From NCBI GenBank assembly GCA_963782115.1, contig CAWAIK010000001.1, forward strand, positions 512,001-576,000: a stretch of DNA of 64,000 nt. Reading direction: 5' to 3'. The stretch is from an uncultured Verrucomicrobiae bacterium. Lineage in GTDB: Bacteria > Verrucomicrobiota > Verrucomicrobiia > Chthoniobacterales > JAFAMB01. Made by a program: the position numbers and the translations under genes. This document shows, piece after piece, positions 41,274-53,161 of this stretch. The notes under the pieces were generated by a model. It had not been told where the DNA came from and did not search any database. It saw only the letters and a list, made by a program, of their open reading frames with translations. Numbering within the stretch: the stretch's first letter is position 1; each line of letters opens with the position of its first letter.

Positions 41274-42171
41274 TTGCTTCATGCGGCCATTATTCTCTTC
41301 TTCTTTCTCGTTGTGTTTTGGCTGCGACGCGAAGTGCACAAATGGACCGAGGAAGAGCCGAGTTTGCGGCGGGCCACGCCGGCCTTTGATTTGCCGGTTT
41401 CCACGGCTATAACGCTCTCTTTTCTTATTATGGGGCCGATCTATTCGATGGCCCCGTTTTTGCTCCGCGCGATACTTTGGGGAGTACTCCTTATTTCCAT
41501 CTCGTTCATTCTACGCCGGCTAATCAATCGAGCACTATTTCCAATACTCTACACCCTGATCGTGTTGTACTTTGTGGATCAATTGCGATTGCTCACTGCT
41601 CTTTTACCAATATTGGGCCGGTTAGTCTTCGGCGCAGAGATGTTAGGCGGAACCCTGTTTCAATGCTTCAGCGGCGTATCTGTGGCGTTGCCGGATTCCT
41701 GGCCTTCGTATACTGGGCAAGTCTGACCCTGAACTTTTTCGGGCTGCGAACGCCGTTGATCACGAGCACTGAAAAGGTGCTCCGGACGAACTTGGCAATA
41801 GGCTCCGAGCCTGCGTAATTCGCACGACGGACGGTTCCGAAGTCATTGTGCCAAACGGAACGATCATCTCCAATAAGGTAACCAACTGGACCCTATCGGA
41901 TTGGTACCGCGCGATTGAAGTGCCGGTCACGGTGGCTCGAGGCGCGGCTCCGCAACATGTGATCGAGGTATTGAAGCGTGTCGCTGCCAATCATCCGGGC
42001 GTCACAAAAGAACCGGTACCCCAAGCATATGCTGTTAGCTTTTCCTCCAACAAAGTCACCTTTAACCTTCGCGCGTGGACGGAGCGGTACGAAGACTGGG
42101 TCCAGGTGCGCAGCGACCTTTCTGTTGCCGTCGACGAGGCTTTGATCCGCGAGAATATTACCGTCGCCTGA
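41274..42171 (+). pseudogene. MscS mechanosensitive channel fragments
   Basis: TM segments over several frames, then IRTTDGSEVIVPNGTIISNKVTNWTLSD...FNLRAW. Confidence 0.7.
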
Positions 42172-42350
42172 TGCTCCGAAATCGATTCTCAACTAACGCT
42201 TAGGATTGGACCCTCTCTTTGTCCTATCCATTTGAATCCCGACACACTTGTTACTCCCAGCGTTCAATGCCCAATACTAGTTTATCTTGTCGACACCAAC
42301 CGGTAGTATCGAGAACGAAACAACGAATCACACCAAAGGAGACAAGACCG

Positions 42351-43115
42351 ATGAAACACCTGAACGGGACACGTGAAGAATGGCTGGCAGCGCGGCTGGA
42401 GCTGCTCGATGCGGAGAAGGAGCTAACGCGGCGCAGCGACGAGCTGGCGCGGCAACGTCAGGAGCTGCCGTGGGTCCGGGTCGACAAGGAGTACCGATTC
42501 GAGACCGATGAAGGGAGCGCCTCCCTCGCAGACCTCTTCAGAGGACGCTCGCAGCTCCTCGTCTACCATTTCATGTTCGGGCCCGACTACACGGCGGGGT
42601 GTGCGACCTGCTCGACGATTGCGGACGGGTTCGAGGGCTTCGTCGCCCACCTGGCCAACCACGACGTCACGCTTTCGGCAGTGTCGCGAGCGCCGCTCGC
42701 GAAGCTGCAGGCATACAAGCGGCGAATGGGATGGACGTTTCCCTGGGCGTCCTCGCTCGGTAACGACTTCAACTTCGACTTCAACGTCTCGTTCACGGAG
42801 GAGCAACAGCGCGAGGGGGTCGTCGAATACAACTACCGGCGCGGCGGCCACGCGATGGACGAGACACAGGTCCCGGAGCCCGTCGCCCAGAACGCGGCCA
42901 TGACCGGAACCGACGTGGCTACGTACACGCGCGAGAGGCCGGGCATGAGCGCGTTTGTGCTCGAGGACGGCGTCGTCTACCACAGCTATTCCACCTATGC
43001 GCGCGGACTGGACGGCCTCTGGGGCATGTACCAGTGGCTCGACCGCGCCCCCAGAGGGCGCAACGAAAATACGGGCGTCTGGTGGCTCCGCCACGACGAG
43101 TACGACAAGCGCTGA
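42351..43115 (+). CDS. DUF899 family thioredoxin-like protein
   Basis: EKELTRRSD, LFRGRSQLLVYHFMFGP, CATC, YSTYARG, LDRAPRGRNE; AAGGAG upstream. Confidence 0.92.
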   Translation: MKHLNGTREEWLAARLELLDAEKELTRRSDELARQRQELPWVRVDKEYRFETDEGSASLADLFRGRSQLLVYHFMFGPDYTAGCATCSTIADGFEGFVAHLANHDVTLSAVSRAPLAKLQAYKRRMGWTFPWASSLGNDFNFDFNVSFTEEQQREGVVEYNYRRGGHAMDETQVPEPVAQNAAMTGTDVATYTRERPGMSAFVLEDGVVYHSYSTYARGLDGLWGMYQWLDRAPRGRNENTGVWWLRHDEYDKR

Positions 43116-43296
43116 GGAAGCAAACGAAGCGGAGGTTAAAATGCGGGACTTGATCGTCGCGGTGAAGATTTCTGTCGAGGACAACATCGACGGGGACATT
43201 GGCGGCATTAAATGCCCTTCCGAAAGGAGGAGACATGAGCGACGACGACACAAAAGATGACGAAAACTCAACTCAAAATAGGAAAGCAAAAACAAC

Positions 43297-43890
43297 ATGG
43301 CTATCGCAAATAAAACAGTCTTGATCACCGGCTCCAACCGGGGCATTGGTCGAGCTCTCGTCGAAGAGGCACTCAAGCGTGGCGCGAAGCGGGTATATGC
43401 GGGTGCGCGCAACGCAATCCGACATCCTGACAAACGCGTGACGCCTGTAACTTTGGACGTGACGAGCGCCTCGCAGATTCAGCGGGCGGCCACCGAAATA
43501 GATACCCTTGACATTCTTATAAATAATGCGGGCGTTGCGATCTACGACGATCTGAGCAATTTCGAGGTGATCGAACAGCACTTAGCTGTCAATTTCTTTG
43601 GTCCGCTCAATATGTCGCGCGCTTTCCTGCCGCTGCTGACACGCTCCAAAGGTGCCATCGTCAACAATCTCTCGTTGGCGGCGCTTGCAGCCTTGCCGGT
43701 TATACCCGCGTACTCCATTTCGAAGGCAGCCGCGTTGAACATGACGCAATCACTGAGAGCAATCTTGGCTGGCCAAGGAGTAATGGTCCATGCCGTCATT
43801 CTCGGCCCCATCGACACCGATATGAACCGCGGTTTTGAGATACCGACAAGAGGACGAGTGGGAATTAATGAGCGTTTCATTCGTTGCTGA
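43297..43890 (+). pseudogene. SDR oxidoreductase, 3'-truncated
   Basis: TGSNRGIG, NNAG, YSISK, GPIDTDM, then unrelated tail. Confidence 0.75.
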
Positions 43891-44109
43891 TCGCGATTTA
43901 GACAACGCAGGCCCACGTGCCTCCGATGGCTCTTAAAGACAGTGACTCTTTGTGATCTTTGCGATCTTCTGTTCAAAAATGACTTTTGCTTTTTTTCTCC
44001 TGATAGGCTGGATTCAAACCGAAGTTGCAATAGTATGACTCAGTCGATCGTATTGCTTGGCAGGCGAACGCGGCCTTACTACCCGGCTTCAACATCACGT
44101 CCATCCTTT

Positions 44110-44590
44110 TGCCGCAGACGGATCGAATCTGTTACATCGATCTGTTTGCTGGACCGGGACGTTACCACGACGGCGCGAAGTCGACGCCAATACTGGTGCT
44201 TGAGACTGTAATCCAGGACAAAAATCCAAGACAAAAATCCAAGAATGCGGGAACGCTTAGTTACAGTCTTCAATGACAAAGATGAGGCGAACGTTCGATC
44301 TCTGCAGAAGGTCATCTCCGAGCTTTCCGGAACAGCCACACTAAAGTATCCGCCTGAGATTATCAACAACGAGGTGGGCACTGAAATCGTCGAGCATTTC
44401 GAGTCAATCAAGATGGTGCCGACGCTCTTTTTCGTGGACCCGTTCGGTTACAAAGGTTTGTCGCTCAGGCTAGGGAACGCTGTATTAAAAAGTTGGGGGA
44501 GCGACTGCATCTTCTTTTTCAATTATAACCGGATCAACATGGGAGTAGGAAACGATGCTGTTCTCCAACACATGGAGGCCTTGTTTGGGC
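44110..44590 (+). pseudogene. Three-Cys-motif partner protein (TcmP-like, methyltransferase fold) internal fragment
   Basis: ICYIDLFAGPGRYHDG..STPILVL, then FFVDPFGYKGL...FFNYNRINM; frame broken at a short tandem duplication (about 44209-44245). Confidence 0.65.
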
Positions 44591-44639
44591 CAGCGATAAT
44601 TCCGACGTTCGCAATCCCGAGATCGCCTTCGGCATGGTT

Positions 44640-44860
44640 GCGCCCTTGGCAGGTCGTCAGCAATGGTCAGGGAGCTTCGTAGGCTCTCGAAGCCATGATC
44701 GGCAACGGCGGCCAGCGAGGCGGTCCTGTCGGGGAAGTGCCGATAGGGGGCCATGGCTGACACCCCCGCCGCCCGCGCCACAGCCCGCAGACTGGGCTCC
44801 TCACTCTGTGCCTCCAGCATCTTGAGGGCTGTCGCGATCAGCGCTTCTCGAAGGCCCAAC
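44640..44860 (-). pseudogene. TetR regulator N-terminal fragment
   Basis: LREALIATA...SLRAVARAAGVSAMAPYRHF. Confidence 0.75.
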
Positions 44861-44945
44861 CTGCGTGCCCACTTGGCATACCTTTGTCTACGGTGTAATC
44901 AGCGATAGTGTATTTACACTGTAAACAGTGCGATGGGTTCTGCCT

Positions 44946-45650
44946 ATGGCTGTGAAGCGTGTGATCGAAGGTGTGCACGTCGTCCCGATGGGGATGGCAA
45001 ACGCCTTCCTGATCGAGGGCGACGACGGGTTGACACTGATCGACGCCGGTTACCCGAGTAAGGAGGCAGCCGTCTTCGGGGCGATCCGCGGGCTTGGCCG
45101 TTCGCCAGACCAGCTCAAGCACCTAATTTTCACTCACGGCCACCCTGATCATATCGGCAGCGCCGCTGCGATCGTGCGGGAAACCGGTGCGAGGACCTAC
45201 ATGCACCCGCTCGATATCCCTATGGCCGAGAGTGGAGGCCCTTTTCGGCCCATGAGGGCGGCGCCTGGTCTGTTGCGGCGAGTGATGTGCAAGCTTTTCT
45301 ACCATCCCGGCAAGCGACTGGAGCCGGTTGCCATCGACCAGCCTTTGACCGCTGGGGAAATACTGGCCATCGCTGGCGGCATCGAAGTTATTCATACTCC
45401 TGGGCATTGCGCGGGACAGGTCGCGCTGCTGTGGCGTCCGGGACGAATGCTGTTCGCGGGCGATGTGTACATGAACCTCATGGGCCTCGGTGATCCCGTC
45501 GGCTTCGAGAGTTTGAAGGAAGGTCGTGCGAGCCAACGCAAACTTGCCAGTCTTTCATTCGATGCTGCCGGGTTCGGCCATGGCGGGCCTATCGCCCGCG
45601 ATGCGTCGACGCGGTTCCGCAATAAGTGGGGCAAGAAATCGTTTGCCTGA
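44946..45650 (+). CDS. MBL-fold metallo-hydrolase
   Basis: LIDAG, THGHPDHIG, HTPGH, FAGD, FGHG. Confidence 0.9.
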   Translation: MAVKRVIEGVHVVPMGMANAFLIEGDDGLTLIDAGYPSKEAAVFGAIRGLGRSPDQLKHLIFTHGHPDHIGSAAAIVRETGARTYMHPLDIPMAESGGPFRPMRAAPGLLRRVMCKLFYHPGKRLEPVAIDQPLTAGEILAIAGGIEVIHTPGHCAGQVALLWRPGRMLFAGDVYMNLMGLGDPVGFESLKEGRASQRKLASLSFDAAGFGHGGPIARDASTRFRNKWGKKSFA

Positions 45651-46018
45651 CATGGGAGACGCCTGCTTTGGTCGAACTCGGCGCTACACGCCCCTGCCCC
45701 GCCCATCCCGCAAACGGCGGGAGTCGCGGAGGCGCCGCTCGCTCCCCGTCCCGAAACCCGGGGCTGCGGGACATCGGCGGCTCCGGTCGATGGCGGGCCA
45801 GGGACAGACGCCCTCCCTTCATTCGCCCCGAGATGCGCAATTGCCGAGCCTACTGTGGCACTCAAGCCGCCGGCACCGGGGAGTCCGCCGCCGACGCAGG
45901 CCGAGATCGCCTTTGATACCGTCCTAGGAACCGTGCGTTTGAGGGTTCCGTGATATCGGCATTGTAAGTTCCACTGCGGCACACCGGTCTGGAACCCGAT
46001 TTCGGAAAGGGCGGCACG

Positions 46019-46492
46019 GTGACCGGACTGCTGTTGAAGCAAGGCAAAACGGTGCGTGCGATGGTGCGAAATGAAGACGAACGCGCGCAGGCGTTGCGCG
46101 AAATGGGTGCGGAGGTCGTGGTCGGGAATCTGCTCGATCTCGATTTCGATGCACAGGGTGATTGCCGGCTGCGATACGATGTACTTCGGCACCTGACCGG
46201 TCCGCAGTCCGAGAACATGCATTTCTATGCACAGGAGTATTCGAAGTCGCTTGGCCGCACGATCACCTTTCAGGACATTCCGGTCGAGCCGTGGCGGGCC
46301 GAGCTGCTCGAGCGCGGCTTACCGCTTCACCTGGTGAACCACCTCGCGACGATGGCCGATCTGCACCGCGCGGGACGCTACGACCGGATGTCGGACGACG
46401 TGCTCACCCTAACGGGGCAAGGGCCGCTGAGCGTGCAGGAGTTCGTCAGGAAGAATGCGGCGACATTCACCACGTCCGCAAAAGAGGCCTGA
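46019..46492 (+). pseudogene. NmrA family protein with internal deletion
   Basis: VRAMVRNEDERA...EVVVGNLLD joined to LTGPQSENM...LGRTI. Confidence 0.7.
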
Positions 46493-47375
46493 GTGTCTGC
46501 GGATGCTCGATCAGCGGTTTTTGCGGTTTAAATTGTACCAAAAGTCGTTCCAATTTCTATGATGCAGAAACGCTGCTCCTTTTCGGATTTGCGACATGCG
46601 CATTGGCTACGCTCCAACTCGCCCCAGGCCGAACCCACGAATTACGTGGTGAACTACCGGAGTGAGAATGGCCGAACTTGTTCCGATCTCAGCATGGCTT
46701 CAATTCAAGGCATCACGCAATTTCGCAAGCCGCTAAGAAGGGCGACTTCATGGTCAACATTTCGGAAAAGTGGTTCCGGCAAGATTCGGAGAGCCACGTC
46801 GCACTGGAACACTGGCTTTCCGGACGCGGCTTTCAACTGACTGTCACGCAGCCATAGATCGCCGCGATACTCAGCCGTGTTCTCGGGAAGGAGATCCAGT
46901 ATGAACGGGTAGGAACTGGGCATACTGGGCAGCGAGATTATCCGGAGACTAGACGGTCTCGATGAGGAAAATCGATTGTTCAAACGAACCACTTTTCCTA
47001 TTCTGCTGTGTACGATCCACAGAACCACAGAAAAGCGAGCGGGCGGAAACGGCGGGCGGGATGAATACGGTGAAGAGGGAGTCGGTAACCGAACTTCTTG
47101 GGTCAGCCCGCTACTTTATATTAGAACCCGTTGGCCGATGTTATGAGCTTTTGCGGCGTCCTTAGATTTAGCCCTCGAATGTAGTTCCATGAGCCCCGCT
47201 TGGCCTAAGGGCAGCTCTTCCGGCAGGGCCCGCGCCTCTTCGAGCGAACGTCACGTTCATGAGGAAGACGGGCCTGTCTGAATCCGTTTGGCCCACCATT
47301 GTTCGATCTTACTATCCAGATACAGCTTCTGCATAGCCGGGGCTTTTCGGTGGTTTCCGTCGTCATGTCTTTGGG

Positions 47376-48296
47376 TTATGCATATTGTACCCCTATGTTT
47401 AGGTTTGTTCGGTGTTTTTCTTGCTGGCTAACAAAAAGCGCCTTGTTCTGCACGATGTAGTCCAGCATTTGCATTGGCTTTTGACCCGTGAGCTTCTCTA
47501 CCAAATCGTTGGTCCCGGAAAAGACTCCATCGCGACAATCCTGGGCAACGGCCGATATATGCTGTCGGATGTAGGGGGTGTATCCCATTTCCTTCCAGAT
47601 TTCACTAAAAGCTTCGATCTCGACCGGAACGTAGGTAATTTTTCTTCCGAGGACCTGCGTGAGAATGTCAGCCACTTCGTACTGCGTTAGTTCCTTCGGA
47701 CCGTAGAGGGGATAAATCTTTCCAGCGTGCTCGGCGGAATCATTCAAGATCGCGGCAATGACCCGGCCCTGATCTTCCGCCGCGATGGGAGCATAGCGAG
47801 CGTCGCCGAAGGGAAGTGGAAACATATTTTTTTCCCTGATGCTTTCCGATAGATACGTGATCCATTCGGCAAAGAAGGTGGGCCGCAGATGAGTGACTGA
47901 AATTCCTGAGCGATCCAAAAGACGCTCGGCAACCCAATGATTCTGGGCGGCGTGACTTTTCGCAATCCTTCTCGCCGAAATTTGCGACATGTTCACGATG
48001 GCTCCGACTCCTTGTTCAAGGGCGGCTTGGGCGAAAAAAGCAGTGGCCTCCAAAATGCCAGGGACCTTAATCGGAAAAACGAAATAAGCTGCAGTGATTC
48101 CCTTCAAAGCTTCACTGATCGCCTCAAAATCGAATAGGTCGCCGCGGACTATTTCCACGCCTTGGGAGCTCAGTTTCTCGGAACGTTCGTCCGCCTTATG
48201 GACCAAAGCTCTCACTGGCACCTTTAGTTCCAGAAGCTTCTTGATAGCGTTTCCGCCGGTTGCACCGGTTGCGCCTGTTATTAAAACTTTTTTCAT
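47376..48296 (-). CDS. NmrA family NAD(P)-binding protein
   Basis: ITGATGATG, HLRPTFFAEW, LYGPKEL. Confidence 0.9.
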   Translation of the reverse strand: MKKVLITGATGATGGNAIKKLLELKVPVRALVHKADERSEKLSSQGVEIVRGDLFDFEAISEALKGITAAYFVFPIKVPGILEATAFFAQAALEQGVGAIVNMSQISARRIAKSHAAQNHWVAERLLDRSGISVTHLRPTFFAEWITYLSESIREKNMFPLPFGDARYAPIAAEDQGRVIAAILNDSAEHAGKIYPLYGPKELTQYEVADILTQVLGRKITYVPVEIEAFSEIWKEMGYTPYIRQHISAVAQDCRDGVFSGTNDLVEKLTGQKPMQMLDYIVQNKALFVSQQEKHRTNLNIGVQYA

Positions 48297-48363
48297 AAAT
48301 TCGGTTGGAATGAGGTAAAGAGGAAGAGAGAGGCAACGGTGCCTCAACTCCCAGAGTTGATTT

Positions 48364-48420
48364 AAATGATGAGCGACATCTAATTGTGATTGTGTTAAAT
48401 TAAGATGTCAAACGACATCT
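48364..48420. promoter_or_regulatory. Putative TetR operator pair in divergent promoter
   Basis: Palindrome AGATGTC-AAAC-GACATCT at 48403-48420 and degenerate copy AAATGAT-GAGC-GACATCT at 48364-48381. Confidence 0.6.
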
Positions 48421-48470
48421 AAGAGTTTTTTTTTAGCCCACTCGGGCCTGCCCATTAACCAGGCTTCAAA

Positions 48471-49043
48471 ATGAGAAAATCGAAAAGGGAAACCGAAGAG
48501 ACCCGCCAACGCATAGTCGAAATGGCGGCCGACGAGTTTCGCCAGCATGGAATCGCCACGTCCGGCATAGCCGATCTGATGGCTGCGGTCGGCTTAACGC
48601 ATGGTGGATTTTACCGACATTTCGAATCGAAGGAACAACTCGTGGCCGAGGCTACGGCCGCCGCTCTTGATACGCTCCTTAACACTTTGGCTAGCGCTGC
48701 CTGCGGAAAGAAGGGTCGGAACGGTTTGAAAGCAGTCTTAGCGGCGTACGTCTGCGCGGAGCATCGAGACAATCTCCGCGATGGCTGTCCTTTGGCTGCG
48801 CTCGGCAGCGAACTCACTAGGTCGGATAAAAGGGTTCGAGATGTTGCAACGGCCGGGTTTTCGAGGATGGTCGAAATTCTAGCCGCTCATTTTGACCAGG
48901 CCAGACCAGCGGAAGCGAGGAAACGGGCTATGGCCACTGCTGCGGCGATGATCGGTGCCATAACAATGTCGCGCGTACTGACGCACCAGAAGTTGTCCGA
49001 CTCACTTCTCCAAGCGGTTGAAGAAGGCATTACGCGTGCGTGA
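48471..49043 (+). CDS. TetR/AcrR family regulator
   Basis: GIADLMAAVGLTHGGFYRHFESKEQL, GCPLAAL. Confidence 0.92.
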   Translation: MRKSKRETEETRQRIVEMAADEFRQHGIATSGIADLMAAVGLTHGGFYRHFESKEQLVAEATAAALDTLLNTLASAACGKKGRNGLKAVLAAYVCAEHRDNLRDGCPLAALGSELTRSDKRVRDVATAGFSRMVEILAAHFDQARPAEARKRAMATAAAMIGAITMSRVLTHQKLSDSLLQAVEEGITRA

Positions 49044-49806
49044 AGACAATGGCGGAAGCGGGAAATCGTTCGCTAGCATTATCCGAAATTTGGTAGAAGT
49101 TTGACCACGCGGCGGATTGCGATTGAAAATGGGCCATGAACACCAGCTCAAATGCGGTCAGACACCATTGATACGATTCCAACCTTCGCCTGGTGCAACC
49201 GGCCTGATGACTCGAATGAATTCCTAAACCAGCGCTGGCTTGATTACACAGGCTTTCGATTGAGGCGGCGCGGGATTGGGGGTGGAAGGTTGCCATTCAC
49301 CCTGAAGATCTCTCGCGACTATTGGCGGACACACCAATATAGACGTGCTCGGGGGCTCAACTATGCCTCCGGACAACGCGAGCGGTGTGGTGGTGCCGAC
49401 CAAGCGAAGAGTCTTCGCCTATGACAATGAGAAGCGGAACATCCCGGGAGCCCCTCTCGTCGTACGAGAAGAAGGTGTTGCCGGCGATGCGCGCGGCAGC
49501 TCCTTTGGTGGCGTCCAGTGCGCTACACGTGCCCGTGACCGCCATCTACCCGCTCTCCCGAATCCGCGAGGCGGTCGCCCATCTTCTGCGAGGCGGGAAA
49601 ATCCTCTTGGAGGTGCAGAAGCTGGCTTAGGAAAAACAAGAGCAGTCGTCAGATTCCTGCCCGGCGCTCGCCTAGCCGTGGACAGAGTCCTCCAGCCTTG
49701 GAGAGTTGAGGGCGATCTTGGCAGCTGCGGGCCAGGAGCTCCCAAAACCGGCTGAGAAGAGTTTTATGCGAGAGGGAGAGATCTTAGAGCGAGGTCAACC
49801 AAAAGC

Positions 49807-50148
49807 CTAAATTTGCCGGCGCGAATTTTGGGCAGCGTAAGTAGTGAGGATCGCGGCGAGCATGTCGCCGAAACGTTTCTTGAGTTCCACGCAACGGGTC
49901 GTGTTGTGCATTTCGACGCCCTTGCGTTCGCTACGGATCAGGCCGGCTTCGCGCAGGATTTTGAAATGCTGGGAGAGGGTCGCTTTGGCCAAGGTGCGGT
50001 TGTTGACTTTGCGGAAGTTGGAGCAATTCAGGGGGCATTCCGAGGTGGCCATTTCCGCGTAGATTTGGGCGCGCACGGGATCGGACAAGGCATAGAGGAG
50101 GCCCTCGACAGTAATGTCGCTGACGGCGGGATGGAAGAGCGGCCTCAC
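49807..50148 (-). CDS. ArsR/SmtB family HTH regulator
   Basis: ALSDPVR, KATLSQHFKILREAGLI. Confidence 0.88.
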   Translation of the reverse strand: MRPLFHPAVSDITVEGLLYALSDPVRAQIYAEMATSECPLNCSNFRKVNNRTLAKATLSQHFKILREAGLIRSERKGVEMHNTTRCVELKKRFGDMLAAILTTYAAQNSRRQI

Positions 50149-50235
50149 AAAGTGTCTGTAACATGGACTTGACAAATAGTCCAATAGTTCATAAGTATGG
50201 AACTAAAAATCTGCTGAACTAACGATCTATACTAC

Positions 50236-50973
50236 ATGAACACCAAAACCATTCTTATCACTGGCGGAACTGCCGGGATCGGCTTGGCCACAGCCCAACT
50301 CTTAAGCGCCCAGGGCGCGAAGGTCATCGTCACCGGACGCAATCCCGAAACTCTTGCCTCCGCTAAAAAGAATCTCAGCGGCGTGGTGGTCCTTCCCTCG
50401 GATTCCGGTGATCTGGCTGCCGCCCAGGCGCTGGGTGACGAAATCAAAACATTTGCGGATCATCTCGACGGGGCTTTCTTGAATGCGGGCATAGCGACCT
50501 TCGGACCGTTCGATGCAGCAACGCCCAAGAACTATGACGACATGTTCAATGTGAACGTGCGAGGTCTCTATTTCCAGCTTCAATCGCTGCTGCCTTTGTT
50601 AGCCAATCCGAGCTCGGTCGTGTTTACGTCCTCCATCGCTGGTTCTGTTGCATTGGCCGGCGGGTCGATCTATTCGGCGACCAAGGCTGCGGTCATTTCC
50701 CTCGGAAAGACTTTAGCGGTCGAGTTAGCCCCGCGCGGCGTGCGGGTGAATGTGTTAAGCCCCGGACCGATTGACACGCCGATATTAAAGAAAGTCGGCC
50801 TTCCCGCTGACCAGCTGAAAGGGTTTGAAGAATCGTTTGCCGCCAAGTCGCTCTTAAAACGGTTCGGCACATCCGACGAAGTGGCCCGGGCAGCAAGATT
50901 CCTGCTTTCGGAGGATTCGAGCAATATTACCGGCACGGAGCTGATCATCGACGGCGGCGTTCGACTGAACTGA
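50236..50973 (+). CDS. SDR family oxidoreductase
   Basis: TGGTAGIG, NAG, YSATK, SPGPIDTP, IDGG. Confidence 0.92.
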   Translation: MNTKTILITGGTAGIGLATAQLLSAQGAKVIVTGRNPETLASAKKNLSGVVVLPSDSGDLAAAQALGDEIKTFADHLDGAFLNAGIATFGPFDAATPKNYDDMFNVNVRGLYFQLQSLLPLLANPSSVVFTSSIAGSVALAGGSIYSATKAAVISLGKTLAVELAPRGVRVNVLSPGPIDTPILKKVGLPADQLKGFEESFAAKSLLKRFGTSDEVARAARFLLSEDSSNITGTELIIDGGVRLN

Positions 50974-51222
50974 CCTTCTCGAACTATTTATCTCTTCCAC
51001 TGGAGCGAACGTCGCCCAATGCGACAGCACTCGATGCCAAACAGAAGACCTAAAAATCCTCTCGTCATAGGCCAACCGGCCAGGTCGGTAAAGGCGTTAT
51101 TCCGCTTCTCACCTCTGCGGAGGCTTTCAATCAGTATGTCTCTGGCAGATTGATCGCCGCTAGTAATGGGTGGAAGAATCTGCTGGTTCGGATCTACTCT
51201 GAGCCGCGCGTTGAGGAGAGCG

Positions 51223-52062
51223 TCATTTACCCAGCGGTCGCCGAGCCGCGTATAGTACGGGTTTTCTCTGGAGCCGCCGTGGTGGAAGAACGCGAGCTCG
51301 GCCCGCTCCGGCGACAATCAACTGGCCGCGTGTAGCAAGCCCTCCCAGAAGTGGAGACATGGACTTGCTGTTTGCTGCTGTAGCGAGGATCAACCGGGCA
51401 CCACCCAGGGTTTGAAGTGCGGCAACTGGATCTTGAGCATTGCTGTCAATGTAGTGATGTGCGCCGAGCTTCCTGGCGAGACTTTCCTTTTCTGGACCGC
51501 GAGCAATGGCTGCGACTTGAAAGCCCATGCGTCGCGCAAACTGAATTCCGAGGTGACCGAGCCCACCTAGTCCCTGAATAGCAACGAGCTCGCCAGGACG
51601 AGCTTTTGAGTTTCTGAATCCGTTGAATGTCGTCAATCCGGCGCAGAGCAGCGGCGCCGCTTCCGTTGACAGAAGATCGCCGGGAATAGCCACGAGCCCA
51701 CTCGCTTGGGCGATCATCATTTCGGCATAGCCACCATCGGTGGAAGTTCCCGAAATGGGTTGATTCTGGCAATTGACAAAGTCTCCACGGCGACAGTTTT
51801 CGCAATGGCCACCCATATAACCCACGCCTACGCGCTGTCCTTCTTTCCACCCCTGCACACCGGACCCAAGGGCTTCGATTTTTCCGATCACTTCATGGCC
51901 GGGAACGCGCGGGTATGTTAGTCCAGGAAAACCACCTTCAACCGTAAGGGCATCGGTGTGGCAAACGCCACAGGCCTCCACGCGGATTCTGACTTGCCCA
52001 AAATCGGGCTCGATGATTGATCTCTCAACGACTTCCAACTTGCCAGGTTGGGCTACTTCCAC
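51223..52062 (-). pseudogene. Zinc-dependent alcohol dehydrogenase, truncated
   Basis: CGVCHTD, GHE, APLLCAG, GLGGLG; structural-Zn cluster shortened and similarity lost near 51300. Confidence 0.75.
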
Positions 52063-52180
52063 TGCTTGTATACTTGTTTCTGACCGGGATGATGGTTCTA
52101 GCGGAGCTTGCCCGGCGAGAGGCTAACGGCCCGTTATATTCGGACCGGTGTACCACGCGAGTTGGCCTCTTTCGAATTCC

Positions 52181-53161
52181 CTATTTTGCCGTGAATGCTT
52201 GGACGTAAGGTTTGTCATTCTTGGCAAAGGCAATCCAAACCGTGTGCGTTTGAGAATCGACCGCAATGCTGTGCGCACCAAGGGAGCTCGTCAGCGGAGG
52301 CAACGCGGTGAGTCTTTGGTGATCGAGGCCCACAACGGAGATGGTGCCCAAGCCGCTTGCACAGTAAACGCGCTGCAACGTCGGGTCGTATGCGATCTCA
52401 TCGACCTTGGGCGAGACGTCGGCGGTTCCCACGATCTGGCCCGTGCTGAGATTGAAGAGTCCCAGTTTGCCCGTTCCACCCACGATAAGCACTTGATCTG
52501 TTCCGGGAACCATCGCCATGCCATGAGGATTGTCGGCGGGAGAGGTCGACCATTTGGCGACAACCTTTTCTGTCTTCAGATCCAACTTGGCGAGCTCGCT
52601 AGAGTCTTTCAGGCATTGAAACAGGAATTTGTCTTGAGAATCGAAGCCAAGATCTTCCATGCCTCCTCCTGGAAAGTCGATAGTCGACACAATCTTTTTC
52701 TCCATCGGATCGATGACCCACATTTCGGGTTTATCATCGTTGCAAACAAACACACGATTCGTTTCGGAATGATAGGCGACCAAGTCAGCTGGGCCTGGAA
52801 GGGGCACTTCGCCGATCACGTCGAGCTTCGTTGAATCGACTATAACCATTTTCGGCGGTTTGCTCACGCTGACAAAATAGCGGTTATTCTCGGAATCGAT
52901 GGCGACACCTTGAGCATTCCCGGTGGGGATGCTCTTGATCAACTTGGATGTTACAATATCGATCACATCCAGCGAGCCGTTTCCCGAGTGGCAGGCCAGG
53001 AGGCGATTATTCGCGGAATCGATTTTGATAAAATCAAACTTCCCTTCTGTGCCAGTCAGTTCCACTGGGTTTCCTGGAGTCAGGGAATCTGCCGCCGAAA
53101 CGAGGCGCGGTATGATAAGGAGAGATGAGCAAACTAATGACAGGATGGCTTTTGATTTCAT
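52181..53161 (-). CDS. Secreted YncE/YVTN-like beta-propeller protein
   Basis: Signal peptide; GKFDF, NPHGMA, VDEIAYD, GAHSIAVD. Confidence 0.85.
   Translation of the reverse strand: MKSKAILSLVCSSLLIIPRLVSAADSLTPGNPVELTGTEGKFDFIKIDSANNRLLACHSGNGSLDVIDIVTSKLIKSIPTGNAQGVAIDSENNRYFVSVSKPPKMVIVDSTKLDVIGEVPLPGPADLVAYHSETNRVFVCNDDKPEMWVIDPMEKKIVSTIDFPGGGMEDLGFDSQDKFLFQCLKDSSELAKLDLKTEKVVAKWSTSPADNPHGMAMVPGTDQVLIVGGTGKLGLFNLSTGQIVGTADVSPKVDEIAYDPTLQRVYCASGLGTISVVGLDHQRLTALPPLTSSLGAHSIAVDSQTHTVWIAFAKNDKPYVQAFTAK

Noticed and set aside
42423..43433. 336-aa minus-strand ORF
   Set aside because: Shadow of the GC-rich DUF899 and SDR genes on the + strand.
46700..47110. Possible IS5-like end and transposase start near 47100
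   Set aside because: No partner inverted repeat or DDE motif could be identified.
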